Shown here one piece after another: positions 20,246-30,458 of a stretch of DNA of 61,262 nt. The notes beneath the pieces were generated by a model. That model searched no databases. It was not told the DNA's origin and worked only from the letters and a program-made list of their open reading frames with translations. The DNA comes from an uncultured Ruminococcus sp. (GTDB lineage Bacteria; Bacillota; Clostridia; Oscillospirales; CAG-272), in NCBI GenBank assembly GCA_964579135.1, contig CAZOFD010000006.1, forward strand, positions 1 through 61,262, in the 5' to 3' direction. The position numbers and the translations under genes are program-made. Position 1 is the stretch's first letter. Each line of letters begins with the position of its first letter.

Positions 20246-20917
20246 ATGAGAATGAGAAAAAAAAAGCATTCCGCGGAAAGAATAGAGGCTTGCTCGCGGA
20301 TATTGATAAAGGAGCCTATGGAGTGCCGCACGTTGCTGCCGCAACTGTTCGGTAACGACAAAGAACTTTTTTTGGAGCTCGGGTGCGGCAAGGGCGATTT
20401 CGCAAACGGCTTGAGCAGAAAGTATCCTAATTGCGGTATCGTTGCCGTAGAGCGGGTGCCCGACGTGGCAATGACGGCGCTCGAAAAGTCTATGGCGGAC
20501 GTTGAGGAGCGCGAGGATAACCTCAGATTTATTATAGGCAACGCGCAGTACCTCGAGGATTGGTTTGCGCCCGGCATGTTTCGCCGTATATACGTTAATT
20601 TTTGCGATCCTTGGTGCAAAAAAGGCTATCACAAACGTCGTCTTACCGCGCCGAGTTATCTCGAGGTATATCGCAAACTTTTGGTACCGGGCGGTGAATT
20701 GCGCTTTAAGACGGATAACGAACCGCTTTTCGATTGGTCTTGCGACGGATTTAAAGAAGCGGGGCTGGAATTTACCTTTTACACCCGCGATCTGCACGCG
20801 AGCGAGCTTGCGGGCGAAAATATCGTTACCGAATACGAGAGCAAATTTTCCTCTATGGGGATGAACATATATTCCGCGCACGTGCGCTTTAACGAACGGA
20901 GCGGAGACGATGAATAA
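20246..20917 (+). CDS. trmB: tRNA (guanine-N7)-methyltransferase
   Basis: MRMRKK start, LELGCGKG, NFCDPW, HKRRLT, FKTD, TEYE. Confidence 0.96.
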   Translation: MRMRKKKHSAERIEACSRILIKEPMECRTLLPQLFGNDKELFLELGCGKGDFANGLSRKYPNCGIVAVERVPDVAMTALEKSMADVEEREDNLRFIIGNAQYLEDWFAPGMFRRIYVNFCDPWCKKGYHKRRLTAPSYLEVYRKLLVPGGELRFKTDNEPLFDWSCDGFKEAGLEFTFYTRDLHASELAGENIVTEYESKFSSMGMNIYSAHVRFNERSGDDE

Positions 20918-21824
20918 TCTGCACGACGAACCTTACGGCGTGCTTGCGGTCAATAAACCGTCGGGTATGACCTCGCACGACGTCGTTAACGTTGCCCGTC
21001 GTGCCCTCGGAACGAAGCAGATAGGGCATACGGGAACGCTTGACCCTATGGCGACGGGAGTTTTGGTTTTGCTCGTGGGGCGCGCCGCCAAGGCTTCGGA
21101 GTATGCCGTGTGCCATACGAAGACCTATCGTGCCGTTTTTCGCCTCGGGCTTACTACCGATACGGAGGACGTGACAGGCAAAGTGCTTAGCGAGTGCGGC
21201 TCGTTGCCCGAGCCCGCGGACGTCGTCGCTTGCGCCGAAAGTTTTTGCGGCGATATTATGCAAGTGCCGCCGATGTACAGCGCTATCAAGTGCGGCGGAC
21301 GCAAATTGTGCGACGTCGCTCGTGCGGGCGGAGTGGTCGAGCGAGAGCCGCGAAGCGTGCATATTTACGAGATAAGCGCCGAGCATATCGGCGGAGCTGA
21401 TTACGCTTTGCGCGTTACGTGTTCCGCCGGAACGTATATCAGAACGCTTTGCGCCGACATCGGTGCAAAACTCGGGTGCGGCGGAGTTATGGCTGCGCTT
21501 TGCCGCACCTCGGTGGGGGATTTCGCTATAGAAAACACGTTATCCGTTGAGGAGCTGAAAACACTGCCTAAAGAGGAGATAGAAAAGCATTTTACGGATG
21601 TCGAGCGGCTGTTTTTCGACCTCGGTAAGATACGGTTGAACGCTTTTTTCGAAAAGCTTTTCAGATCCGGCTGCGAGATCTATCTTAAAAAGATAGGCAT
21701 TACCGCCACCGTCGGGCGCAGATTTCGGGTGTGTGACGAAAACGGCGAGTTTTTCGCGATCGCGGAAGTGCGCGAATATGCCGGCGGTGCGGCTATAAAA
21801 TCGCTCAAATTATTCGTTCTGTAA
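20910..21824 (+). CDS. truB: tRNA pseudouridine(55) synthase
   Basis: NKPSGMTSHDVV, GHTGTLDP, QVPPMYSAIK, CSAGTYIRTL. Confidence 0.97.
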   Translation: MNNLHDEPYGVLAVNKPSGMTSHDVVNVARRALGTKQIGHTGTLDPMATGVLVLLVGRAAKASEYAVCHTKTYRAVFRLGLTTDTEDVTGKVLSECGSLPEPADVVACAESFCGDIMQVPPMYSAIKCGGRKLCDVARAGGVVEREPRSVHIYEISAEHIGGADYALRVTCSAGTYIRTLCADIGAKLGCGGVMAALCRTSVGDFAIENTLSVEELKTLPKEEIEKHFTDVERLFFDLGKIRLNAFFEKLFRSGCEIYLKKIGITATVGRRFRVCDENGEFFAIAEVREYAGGAAIKSLKLFVL

Positions 21825-21857
21825 GAGCGGATAAGTTCTCGAGCTTTCTTGCGATTC

Positions 21858-21906
21858 GTGCGTCTCGCGCCGAAACGGTCTCCCCGTGCGGCGCGAGACG
21901 CACTTT
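21858..21906 (+). terminator. Hairpin/terminator after truB
   Basis: 15-bp stem GTGCGTCTCGCGCCG/CGGCGCGAGACGCAC followed by TTTGCTTTT. Confidence 0.6.
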
Positions 21907-21986
21907 GCTTTTCGCACGGCTTCGTTTGCCGAATAAGGCGGTCGTCGACGTTCGCAGACCGGACGCCGACGATTTATGTAAAAAAC

Positions 21987-22016
21987 AAAAGACCGCCGCA
22001 ATCGCGGCGGTCTTTT
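21987..22016 (-). terminator. Terminator immediately downstream of tRNA-Thr
   Basis: AAAAGACCGCCGC-AATC-GCGGCGGTCTTTT inverted repeat. Confidence 0.8.
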
Positions 22017-22091
22017 GGAGCTGCTAATCAGAGTCGAACTGATGACCTCATGCTTACCAAGCATGTGCTCTACCAACTGAGCCATAGCAGC
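22016..22091 (-). tRNA. tRNA-Thr(GGT)
   Basis: Reverse complement is GCTGCTATGGCTCAGTTGGTAGAGCACATGCTTGGTAAGCATGAGGTCATCAGTTCGACTCTGATTAGCAGCTCCA: a 76-nt cloverleaf with anticodon GGT, a TTCGA T-loop and encoded CCA. Confidence 0.98.
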
Positions 22092-22109
22092 GTGTACCGA
22101 ACAGATAAC

Positions 22110-22138
22110 ATTTTACCAAATAAAAACGCTTTTGTCAA
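22110..22138 (-). promoter_or_regulatory. Sigma-A promoter of tRNA-Thr
   Basis: Minus strand TTGACA-N17-TAAAAT with TGG upstream of the -10 and A-rich UP-like sequence. Confidence 0.8.
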
Positions 22139-22209
22139 GTCCTTTTTTAAAAAATGTTGACGAAAATGCGAAAAAATCGAAAAATATCCGTCGGTGTTGC
22201 GTTTAGTAG

Positions 22210-22881
22210 TCAGAAAGAGCAGGGAGATGCGGCAGCTGCACTTTTTATGGCGTGGATCGCGCGCTTTGCGGAGGGAGCGCCGAACACGGCAGAGCCCGCT
22301 ACGATAACGTTGGCGCCGCGAGAGGTAAGCTCGCCGACGTTGTCCGCGGATATACCGCCGTCGACCTCTATGTCGCACGAATAACCGTTTTTGTCGATGA
22401 TCTCCTTAAGGTAAGATATCTTAGGCAGCGTTTCCGGCATCAGCTTTTGTCCGCCGAATCCGGGGCGAACGGTCATCACGAGCACCATATCGAGTTTGGA
22501 GAGGAATGGAACGAGAACTTCCGCGGGCGTGTCCGGAGATATCGCAAGTGAGGTGCGAACGCCTTTTTCCTTTATGCGGTCGATAAGAGCTTCGGGGTCG
22601 CGGCACGCCTCGATATGAAAAGTGATGACGTCGGCACCGGCGCGGATAAACGTATCCGCGTATCTTTCGGGATCGCATATCATAAGGTGGACGTCGAAGA
22701 GCAGATCGGTCTTTTTACGCAGTGCGGATATAACCCCCGCGCCGAACGAGATGTTTGGGACGAACGCGCCGTCCATAACGTCAAGGTGAAGCAGATCCGC
22801 GCCTGCGGCGTCTATTCTCGCAACTTCTTCGCCGAGATTGGCAAAGTCCGCAGCCAAAAGGGAGGGGGCAACGTATATCAT
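22210..22881 (-). CDS. rpe: Ribulose-phosphate 3-epimerase
   Basis: APSLLAADF, HLDVMDG, DVHLM, MTVRPGFGGQ, EVDGG. RBS AAAGGA before ATG 22881. Confidence 0.97.
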   Translation of the reverse strand: MIYVAPSLLAADFANLGEEVARIDAAGADLLHLDVMDGAFVPNISFGAGVISALRKKTDLLFDVHLMICDPERYADTFIRAGADVITFHIEACRDPEALIDRIKEKGVRTSLAISPDTPAEVLVPFLSKLDMVLVMTVRPGFGGQKLMPETLPKISYLKEIIDKNGYSCDIEVDGGISADNVGELTSRGANVIVAGSAVFGAPSAKRAIHAIKSAAAASPCSF

Positions 22882-22970
22882 TTCGTTTCCTTTCGTGTCC
22901 CGCGGGCAACTTTGCCGCGGGAGCGTATATTCGGTGTTTTTTGGAGCGCTTTTTTGGGGGAGGCGGAGAG

Positions 22971-23447
22971 TTATTTGAGCTCGCTCAAAAGACAAACCGC
23001 GTGCGCGGCTATCCCCTCGCCGCGACCGGAAAATCCGAGTCCTTCTTCGGTTGTGGCTTTTATGCTTACGCGATCGACGGAAATTCCGAGAGCGTCGGCG
23101 AGATTTTGCCGCATCTGCGGGATAAATCGTGCGATTTTCGGTGCCTGAGCTATGACCGTCGAGTCGACGTTTTCGACGACGTACCCCACCTCTTTAACGA
23201 GGCTGCAAGCGGCGCGCGCCAATTCCAAACTGTTTGCGCCTTTGTATCTCGCGTCGGTATCGGGGAAATGCGTGCCGATGTCTCCGAGGGCTGCCGCGCC
23301 GAGCAGGGCGTCGGTTACGGCGTGCGTAAGCACGTCGGCGTCGGAATGCCCGAGCAGACCGAGGCGGTAGTCTATCTTTACGCCGCCGAGAATAAGATCT
23401 CTGCCCTCGGTCAGGCGATGTACGTCATATCCGTGACCTATCCTCAT
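22971..23447 (-). CDS. ispF: 2-C-methyl-D-erythritol 2,4-cyclodiphosphate synthase
   Basis: [35 protein letters not shown]. Confidence 0.98.
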   Translation of the reverse strand: MRIGHGYDVHRLTEGRDLILGGVKIDYRLGLLGHSDADVLTHAVTDALLGAAALGDIGTHFPDTDARYKGANSLELARAACSLVKEVGYVVENVDSTVIAQAPKIARFIPQMRQNLADALGISVDRVSIKATTEEGLGFSGRGEGIAAHAVCLLSELK

Positions 23448-24238
23448 TTTTTGCCATCCTTCGTTGAGTTTTGACGCGCTTCTTTCTCGTCGTTCCTTGC
23501 CGCTATGACAGCCTCGGCGAATAAAACGTCGCTTCGGTACGTGATCTTTATATTTTCGGGCGAGCAGGGCACTATCTTAACTTTTCTGCCGATATTTTCG
23601 ACAAGGGAGTTGTCGTCGGTGGCGTCAAAACCGGAATCCGCGGCATAGTAAGCTGCCGCACGATAAAGATTTACTTCAAACACCTGCGGCGTAGCGGCGC
23701 AAAACATACCCTCGCGATCCACTCCCTCGCAGATGAAACCGTGCGAGTCGACCCTTTTCAGCGAGTCGGCGACGGGGTACGCCGCGCTTGCCGCGCGGTG
23801 CCGCATCGCCGCAAGGCAGACTTCGTTTATCTCCTCGGGGCGGACGAGCGGACGCGCAGCGTCGGCTATGGCGACGTAAGCGGTGCCACGGTCGATCGCT
23901 TCAAGCCCTTTCAGTGCGGATTCGCGGCGCGTTGCACCGCCGACGACCGTTTCTCGCAGTTTTGTTATGCCGTATGCTTTTTTATATTCGTCGTATATCG
24001 CGGCGTCACCGTCGCGCCCCACTACTACGATATCGGTAATATAATCCGCATTTTGGTATGCCGTAAGGGTGTGAACGACGGTAGGAACTCCGTTTATCGG
24101 TGCGAATTGCTTCGGCACGTCCGAGCCGAAGCGAGTACCCGAGCCCGCGGCTACGATAACGGCGGTGACGTGCCGCTTTTTCGGTTTGCCGCCGACGGCT
24201 CGCAGGACGTCGGATATGCCGACGAGCAGCTTGGTCAT
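23444..24238 (-). CDS. ispD: 2-C-methyl-D-erythritol 4-phosphate cytidylyltransferase
   Basis: AAGSGTRF...[35 protein letters not shown] overlaps with rpiB and ispF. Confidence 0.93.
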   Translation of the reverse strand: MTKLLVGISDVLRAVGGKPKKRHVTAVIVAAGSGTRFGSDVPKQFAPINGVPTVVHTLTAYQNADYITDIVVVGRDGDAAIYDEYKKAYGITKLRETVVGGATRRESALKGLEAIDRGTAYVAIADAARPLVRPEEINEVCLAAMRHRAASAAYPVADSLKRVDSHGFICEGVDREGMFCAATPQVFEVNLYRAAAYYAADSGFDATDDNSLVENIGRKVKIVPCSPENIKITYRSDVLFAEAVIAARNDEKEARQNSTKDGKK

Positions 24239-24708
24239 TCCCACTTACCGTCGAAGGTGCCGTCCTCAAGGTCGGAGATCATTTGTTGGCGCCTGCGGTG
24301 GCGCTCCTCGTCGAGGGCTTCGGTGGACAAAAATATTTCCGTGAATTTGCATACGGTGTCGAAATCCAAAACTCTTGCGCCCATACAGAGAACGTTTGCG
24401 TTGTTGTGTTGGCGCGTCATTTGCGTCGAATATTCGTCGGAGCAAACGGCGGCGCGTATTCCGCGGTGCTTGTTCGCCGCCATAGAAACGCCTATGCCCG
24501 TGCCGCAAATGAGGATTCCGTATGCGAATTCTCCCGATTGTATCTTGCGGCAAAGCGCGTGTACGGGCACGGGATAATCGCAGCTTTCGGACGAGTACGT
24601 ACCGGCGTCGAGGACGTAGAGCCCTTTTTCGCGCAAAAATTCGGCAAGTTTGTTTTTGTAATCGAATCCCGCGTGGTCGCAGGCAATAACGATTTTTTCG
24701 GTGATCAT
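24235..24708 (-). CDS. rpiB: Ribose-5-phosphate isomerase B
   Basis: ACDHAG, DYP, CGTGIGVSMAANK, HNNANVL, RHRRR. RBS AAGGAG. Confidence 0.96.
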   Translation of the reverse strand: MITEKIVIACDHAGFDYKNKLAEFLREKGLYVLDAGTYSSESCDYPVPVHALCRKIQSGEFAYGILICGTGIGVSMAANKHRGIRAAVCSDEYSTQMTRQHNNANVLCMGARVLDFDTVCKFTEIFLSTEALDEERHRRRQQMISDLEDGTFDGKWE

Positions 24709-24739
24709 CGGTCGTCTCCTTAAAAAATATATAATTTTG

Positions 24740-25468
24740 TTAATTACGTTCGGTTTGAATTTTTCGTTTTTCGTCGGCGAGCTTTTCGAGGCGGTCGCGC
24801 TCCGCTTGCGGTAATCTGAGGTACGTTGCGTGCAGTTCCGCGTCGGTCGTTCGCACGCCCGCCTCGTAGCTTTCAAGCACGGAGAGCGCGACGTTGTACG
24901 CCGATTGATATATCAGCCGCTCTTCGGTCGTGTGCAAAAGTTCGCAAGGCAAAAGACGCCGCGCTTCGTCGTATCCGTCGCCGCAGAGCCAAACCCGCTT
25001 GCCGCGCGAAGCGATATCGCGCAGCAATTCGTCCGAGGAGAGCGCTCGGTCATCGGTAAGGCGCACGAGCTTACCCGATTCGCACTTGAATGCGGCGGTG
25101 TAAAATTGCCCGCGCCGTGCGTCCATAACGGGATATATAATGCGGTCGCAGTCACAGACGAGGTTGCGCGCCAACGCCTCGAGCGTCGAAACGCCGATAC
25201 ACGGCTTTCCTTTGCCGAAAGCCAAGCCTTTTACGGTAGCCGCGCCTATGCGCACGCCGGTGAAAGACCCCGGCCCCGCGGAACACCCGAACAAGTCGAC
25301 GTCGTCGACCGTCATCCCGAGCGAACGCAGCGCCGCCTCCGCCATAGGCAAAAGAGTTTCGCTGTGGGTGTTGCCGTTGTTGACGGTGTATTCCGCAAGA
25401 AGACGGCGCCCGTCGCATACGGCTACGGACGCGCTTTTTGCCGAACTGTCGCAAGCAAATATCTTCAT
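24740..25468 (-). CDS. tsaB: tRNA threonylcarbamoyladenosine biosynthesis protein TsaB
   Basis: HSETLLP, GPGSFTGVRIG, DARR, YLRLPQAER. Confidence 0.96.
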   Translation of the reverse strand: MKIFACDSSAKSASVAVCDGRRLLAEYTVNNGNTHSETLLPMAEAALRSLGMTVDDVDLFGCSAGPGSFTGVRIGAATVKGLAFGKGKPCIGVSTLEALARNLVCDCDRIIYPVMDARRGQFYTAAFKCESGKLVRLTDDRALSSDELLRDIASRGKRVWLCGDGYDEARRLLPCELLHTTEERLIYQSAYNVALSVLESYEAGVRTTDAELHATYLRLPQAERDRLEKLADEKRKIQTERN

Positions 25469-25469
25469 A

Positions 25470-25931
25470 TCAGTTATTCTCCGTGTCGACCTCGCAAATC
25501 TCCACCCGTCGCAAGGCGGGGGAGGAGGTCTTTTCTATCGTTACGCGCAGCAGCTTGCCGTCAACGCAATCGCTTATATTGTCAAACCATTCCACAAGGC
25601 ATATGCCCCGATCGAGATAGTCGTAAAACCCGACCGAATAAAGGTCGTCGGGGTCGGTTATGCGGTACACGTCGAAGTGGAATACGGGCACGCTGCCGCT
25701 TCGGTATTCGTTGACAATGGCGTAGGTCGGCGAGCGTACCGGCGACGACGGCGCGGCGACCGAGCAAAATCCGCGCGTAAACTCCGTTTTGCCCGCGCCG
25801 AGATCGCCGCAAAGAGCTATAAGGCGCGGCATATCCGCGTTTTCGAGTACGAGATTCGCGATTTTCGCACCGAGCGCGAAAGTCTCCTCGGGCGACGAGG
25901 TAATCTCGTTCAGCATCGTTGTTGTCTTCAT
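25470..25931 (-). CDS. tsaE: tRNA threonylcarbamoyladenosine biosynthesis ATPase TsaE
   Basis: GDLGAGKT, SPTY, HFDVYR, VEW. Confidence 0.96.
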   Translation of the reverse strand: MKTTTMLNEITSSPEETFALGAKIANLVLENADMPRLIALCGDLGAGKTEFTRGFCSVAAPSSPVRSPTYAIVNEYRSGSVPVFHFDVYRITDPDDLYSVGFYDYLDRGICLVEWFDNISDCVDGKLLRVTIEKTSSPALRRVEICEVDTENN

Positions 25932-25957
25932 AATCCACTTCCGAATTTTATATGAAA

Positions 25958-25986
25958 ATTATATCATAAAAAAACGCTCGTGTAAA
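25958..25986 (-). promoter_or_regulatory. Sigma-A promoter of the tsaE-rpe operon
   Basis: Minus strand TTTACA-N17-TATAAT with a TG extension. Confidence 0.65.
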
Positions 25987-26060
25987 GTTATTTTGCGATT
26001 TTACCCCGTCCGATCGAAAAAACGGAGAGCGCACGGCGGCGCCCCCCGTTCTCGGAGAGA

Positions 26061-26264
26061 TCATTGCTTTTTCGCAAGCGGTTTTTTCGTTCCGTCGGGA
26101 TATTGAACGACCGTAGAGTCGAGTATCCCGCGCAGAGAGGCGCGATAGGCTTTGATATATTCTTCGCGCAACGCGGCTTGTTCGGCTTTCTCTTCTTCTG
26201 TCAGCGTGCCCTCGCGACCTTTCGCCGCCAAGGCGTTTATGCGGTCGATCTTTGCCTTATCCAT
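26061..26264 (-). CDS. DUF896 (YnzC/UPF0291) family protein
   Basis: [10 protein letters not shown]...[17 protein letters not shown]. Confidence 0.92.
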   Translation of the reverse strand: MDKAKIDRINALAAKGREGTLTEEEKAEQAALREEYIKAYRASLRGILDSTVVQYPDGTKKPLAKKQ

Positions 26265-26270
26265 AGCATC

Positions 26271-28658
26271 TCACGCTTTGATCGAGAGACCGAGCGATTT
26301 TTCTACCTCGGACAATATCTTCGACGCGGCTTTGTCGCTTTCTTCTTTGGTTAGCGTTCGGTCGGCGGCACGGAGGACAACGCGGAACGAGAGGCTCTTT
26401 TTGCCCTCGCCGAGTTTTGCGTCGCGATAAACGGAAATAAGGGTCACGTCTTCGAACAGTTTGCCGCCGGCTTTTTTGATGACCTCTTCTATCGTTGCGA
26501 CCTCAAGCGATTCGTCGCAGGTGAAGGTGTAGTCGCGGCTTACCGACGGATATTTAGGCAACGGAATATATTCTTCCATCGTTTTCGACGCCGCAAAGAG
26601 TGCGGGAACGTTTATCTCGGCGCAGTAAACGGGCGTGTCGAAGCCGTAATTTGCGGCTGCTTGGGGGTGTATCTGACCGAAGACTCCGAGCGTATTGCCG
26701 GTGGCATCCTCAAGACGGGCGCATCTGCCGGGGTGGAACGTCGGGTCGCAAGACAGGGCTTTGTACTTCGCGTCGATGCGCGCTACGCGGCATATGGCTT
26801 CGATAATACCTTTGAGAGTGTAAAAATCGCAATCTTCGTAAAGACCGATCGTAAGAGAGGCGGGCTCGTCGGGGAGCTCGTTTTCGCCGCGCGGCAGGTA
26901 TACTTTCGCCATTTCGTAGAGGCGGACGCCGGCGTTGTTAAAGTTGTTGTTTCGCGCGAGCACCTCAAGCATAGAGGGCAGCGCCGTCGTGCGCATAATG
27001 CTCGTATCTTCGCCGAGGGGGTTGCTTATTTTTACCGAAATTCTTCTCGGGTCGTCCTCGCTCATACGTATTTTGTCGTAATATTTGGGGCTTATGAAAG
27101 AGAACGTCTCTATTTCGGACACGCCCATACCGATAAGCGTTTTTTCAAGCAAAAGCTCGAAGTTTTGCGAGGGCGTGCGGCAGCCCTCGGTGGTTCGTGC
27201 GCATATCGCAGTCGATTTTATCGTGTTGTAACCTCGGATTCTTATGACCTCTTCGGCAAGATCCGTCATATCCTCGACGTCCGCGCGCCACGAGGGAACG
27301 GTGACCGAGTCGCCCTCAAGCGTAAAGCCGAGGTCGCAAAGCGTTTTCGTCATAAATTCGGGCTCGATATCCGTGCCGAGGAAAGCGTTTATCCTTTCGG
27401 GGGAGAATTTGACCTTTCTCGTTTCCGTTTTGCCGGGGTAAAGATCTATCGTGTCGTCGACGACCTCACCGGCGCCGAGAAGCTCGACGAGCTCGCAAGC
27501 GCGAAGCAGTGCGGGCAAAGTGTTTTCGGGGTCGAGACCTTTTTCGAATCTTGCGGAGGATTCGGTGCGCATACCCTGTTTTTTGGCGCTGACACGTACC
27601 GAAGCGCCCGCGAAGTTTGCGCTTTCGAAAACGACGGTCGCAGTGTCTGCGGTGATTTCGCTGTTTTCGCCGCCCATAACGCCCGCCAAAGCGACGGCTT
27701 TGTTTTCGTCGGCTATAACGAGAGTGTTTTTGTCAAGGGTGTGAGTCTTGCCGTCGAGCGAAACGAAGGTTTCGCCGTCTGCCGCGCACCGCACCGTTAC
27801 CTTGGAGCCGTCGAGGCATTTGTAGTCGAAAGCGTGCATCGGCTGACCGTATTCGAGCATAACGTAGTTGGTTATATCTACGATATTGTTTATGGGGCGC
27901 ACGCCGGAAGCGCGCAGACGTGCGCGCATCCAAAGAGGCGAGGGCGCGATCTTAACGTTTTTTATCACCTTTGCCGTATATCTGGGGCAAAGGGTTGGCT
28001 CGTCGTCGCTGACTGAGAGATAATTCTCGATCTTGTCGGTCGCACGTGCGATTGAGGGCGTGTGAAGCTCGATCTTTCGGCCGAAAGTGAGCGATGCCTC
28101 GCGCGCAAGCCCTATAACGGACAGGCAGTCGGGGCGGTTTGGGGTTATCTCGAACTCGACAGCGGTATCGGCAAGCATAAGCGCTTCGCGAACGTCTTTG
28201 CCGATCATCCGCTCAAATTCGTCGCCGAGGATAAGGATCCCGTTATTATCCGCACCGGGCATATCGTGCTCGGTCAGCCCGAGCTCGCCGATAGAGCAGA
28301 GCATACCCTCGGAAAGCTCGCCGCGGAGCTTTCCCGCTTTGATAGTTACGCCGCCGGGGAGCTTTGCGGGAGCAACGGCTGCGGGAACGATCGCACCTTC
28401 GAAAACGTTTTGCGCGCCCGTTACGATCGTCAGCGGTCGCTCGCCCGCAACGTCGACGGTGCAGATAACGAGGTGGTCGCTGTTTTCGTGTTTTCTTATA
28501 TTCGTTATTTTCGCGATCTTAACGTTGACGATATCCTCGCCAATAACCTCGTACCCCTCAACCTTGGAGCCGGTGTCCGTCATTTTGTCGCAAAAACTTT
28601 TTACGTCTATTCCGTCCGTGTTTACGAATTCGGAAAGCCAATTCATTGAAAGAATCAT
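26271..28658 (-). CDS. pheT: Phenylalanine--tRNA ligase beta subunit
   Basis: tRNA-binding OB fold (SEGMLCS), TPNRPDCLS, B3/B4 domain (NNIVDITNY), B5 domain, FDX-ACB C-terminus. Confidence 0.98.
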   Translation of the reverse strand: MILSMNWLSEFVNTDGIDVKSFCDKMTDTGSKVEGYEVIGEDIVNVKIAKITNIRKHENSDHLVICTVDVAGERPLTIVTGAQNVFEGAIVPAAVAPAKLPGGVTIKAGKLRGELSEGMLCSIGELGLTEHDMPGADNNGILILGDEFERMIGKDVREALMLADTAVEFEITPNRPDCLSVIGLAREASLTFGRKIELHTPSIARATDKIENYLSVSDDEPTLCPRYTAKVIKNVKIAPSPLWMRARLRASGVRPINNIVDITNYVMLEYGQPMHAFDYKCLDGSKVTVRCAADGETFVSLDGKTHTLDKNTLVIADENKAVALAGVMGGENSEITADTATVVFESANFAGASVRVSAKKQGMRTESSARFEKGLDPENTLPALLRACELVELLGAGEVVDDTIDLYPGKTETRKVKFSPERINAFLGTDIEPEFMTKTLCDLGFTLEGDSVTVPSWRADVEDMTDLAEEVIRIRGYNTIKSTAICARTTEGCRTPSQNFELLLEKTLIGMGVSEIETFSFISPKYYDKIRMSEDDPRRISVKISNPLGEDTSIMRTTALPSMLEVLARNNNFNNAGVRLYEMAKVYLPRGENELPDEPASLTIGLYEDCDFYTLKGIIEAICRVARIDAKYKALSCDPTFHPGRCARLEDATGNTLGVFGQIHPQAAANYGFDTPVYCAEINVPALFAASKTMEEYIPLPKYPSVSRDYTFTCDESLEVATIEEVIKKAGGKLFEDVTLISVYRDAKLGEGKKSLSFRVVLRAADRTLTKEESDKAASKILSEVEKSLGLSIKA

Positions 28659-28677
28659 AATTTTGCCCCTTTCGCTA

Positions 28678-29700
28678 TCAGAACTGCCCTATAAAGCGCA
28701 TATCGTTTTCGTACATCAAGCGCATATCGTCGATGTGGTATTTAAGCATAGCTATCCGCTCGAGTCCGAGACCGAAAGCGAATCCCGAATACTCCTCGGG
28801 ATCTATGCCGCAGCCCGCAAGCACTTTCGGGTGCACCATACCAGCGCCGAGGATCTCGATCCAGCCCTCGCCCTTGCAAAGTCGGCACCCTTTTCCTCCA
28901 CATGCGAAGCAGGAAACGTCGACCTCGGCGGACGGCTCGGTGAAAGGGAAGTGGTGCGGGCGAAAACGTATCTTCGTTTCCTGCCCGAAGAGTTCTTTCG
29001 CGAAGAGCTCCAAGGTGCCTTTGAGGTCGCCCATGGTTATACCCTTATCGACGACGAGCCCCTCGAGCTGATGGAAGAGCGGCGAGTGCGTTGCGTCGAC
29101 GTCGTCGGAGCGGTATACTCTGCCAGGGGAGATTATCCTTATCGGAGGCTTGCTTTTTTCCATAACGCGTACTTGTACGGGCGAGGTCTGCGAACGTAAA
29201 AGGACGTTGTCGGTTACGTAGAAAGTGTCCTGCGTATCTCTTGCCGGGTGATTTTCGGGGATATTGAGCGCTTGGAAATTATAATAGTCGTACTCTACCT
29301 CGGGTCCCTCCGCAATGGAATACCCGAGCCCCAAAAAGATGTCCTCGAGTCTGCGGCGAACTACGGTGAGGGGGTGGCTGTGCCCGACGGGGAATTCGCG
29401 ACCGGGCTCGGTAACGTCGAGCTTTTCCGCGGTGAGACGTGCGGAAAGAGCGTCCGCTGCGTTTTTGCGCAATTTTTCGTCTATTGCGTTCTCTATGTCG
29501 GCGCGCACTTCGTTGGCGATCTGCCCGACGATGGGACGCTCCTCGGGCGAAAGTTGCCCCATACCGCGAAGTACGGCTGTAAGTTCGCCTTTTTTGCCCA
29601 AATATTTTACCCGTATCTGCTCGGGTTGAGCATCGGGCGAGTTAAGCGCTTCGATCGCGCCGTCTCTTATGCGCTGCAACAATTCTCTCATGCTGTTCAT
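28678..29700 (-). CDS. pheS: Phenylalanine--tRNA ligase alpha subunit
   Basis: [49 protein letters not shown]. Confidence 0.98.
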   Translation of the reverse strand: MNSMRELLQRIRDGAIEALNSPDAQPEQIRVKYLGKKGELTAVLRGMGQLSPEERPIVGQIANEVRADIENAIDEKLRKNAADALSARLTAEKLDVTEPGREFPVGHSHPLTVVRRRLEDIFLGLGYSIAEGPEVEYDYYNFQALNIPENHPARDTQDTFYVTDNVLLRSQTSPVQVRVMEKSKPPIRIISPGRVYRSDDVDATHSPLFHQLEGLVVDKGITMGDLKGTLELFAKELFGQETKIRFRPHHFPFTEPSAEVDVSCFACGGKGCRLCKGEGWIEILGAGMVHPKVLAGCGIDPEEYSGFAFGLGLERIAMLKYHIDDMRLMYENDMRFIGQF

Positions 29701-29759
29701 AATGCTATCCTTTCTCTTGTTGAGTTCTGCACGTATGCAAAAATATAAAATATAATGAA

Positions 29760-30000
29760 AAATAAAAAATGCCCGCGTCCCACGATCAGGACGGAGCACA
29801 AAAGCACCGCGGTACCACCCGATATTTCGGCAAGAGCCAACACTCGCGCGGCGGATAACGGTGCCTGCCGAGCCGAGCTACAAGACGTTCCTTCACCCGA
29901 CTTGCTCCGAAGCGAAAAGCCGTTTTCCGTGCACGGTCGCTTCCAGCCTCGGCGACCTCTCTGGCGAGCACTTATGCAAAAAGGCAAACTTCATCATCGC
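29760..30000 (-). ncRNA. T-box leader (Phe-specific) of pheST
   Basis: On the minus strand: ATGAAG, AGAGAG bulge, GGCTG loop, specifier TTC (Phe), CCGTTA, T-box ATCGGGTGGTACCGCGG, then a terminator hairpin and T-tract. Confidence 0.92.
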
Positions 30001-30010
30001 ATTTAGACTT

Positions 30011-30038
30011 ATTATACCACTTTATTTTCTTTTTTCAA
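30011..30038 (-). promoter_or_regulatory. Sigma-A promoter of the T-box/pheST transcript
   Basis: Minus strand TTGAAA-N16-TATAAT with extended -10 TGG. Confidence 0.7.
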
Positions 30039-30070
30039 GACGTTTTTCGCATTTTTCTTCGAAAAAAAGC

Positions 30071-30110
30071 AAAAACCGCCCTCTCGCCGACGTTTCGGCG
30101 GGAGAGCGGT
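30071..30110 (-). terminator. Terminator after the DUF1294 gene
   Basis: GC-rich stem ACCGC..CTCGCCGA/TCGGCGGGAGAGCGGT. The A-tract reads as a U-tract on the minus strand. Confidence 0.65.
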
Positions 30111-30140
30111 TACGTTGCCAACGGTAAATCGCGGCTGAGA

Positions 30141-30458
30141 TCAAATATATCGATAAAATCGACAACAGATAAGCACCGCAATGGAAGCCTGAAATATTAT
30201 GATAAAAGGCAAGCCTATCATAAATTTGTTATGCAGGGTCTTGTGCCTCAGCGCCCTCATTGAAACGTACGTAGCGAGCGAGCCGCCGAGCACGGCAAGT
30301 AATATCAGCGTGCGCTCGGGTACGCGCCGTCGCCCGTTTTTGCCCGCTATCCGTTTGTCGTGTGCTGCGGCGAGCATTGCGATGCCCGATACGGCGAGCA
30401 ACCATATCAGCGCAAGGCAAAGTCCGCGGTGCTCGACCGTCAGGCGTTGTATTGCCAT
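30141..30458 (-). CDS. DUF1294 family small membrane protein (start uncertain)
   Basis: DKRIA...RRVPERTL...GGSL...RHKT..KF motif. Confidence 0.85.
   Translation of the reverse strand: MAIQRLTVEHRGLCLALIWLLAVSGIAMLAAAHDKRIAGKNGRRRVPERTLILLAVLGGSLATYVSMRALRHKTLHNKFMIGLPFIIIFQASIAVLICCRFYRYI

Noticed and set aside
21824-22016. Possible integrated element at the tRNA-Thr 3' end
   Set aside because: No integrase and no duplicated tRNA 3' end were seen. A terminator follows the tRNA directly.
21810-22160. Short ORFs of 91 and 103 aa
   Set aside because: They overlap tRNA-Thr and its terminator, so they are spurious.
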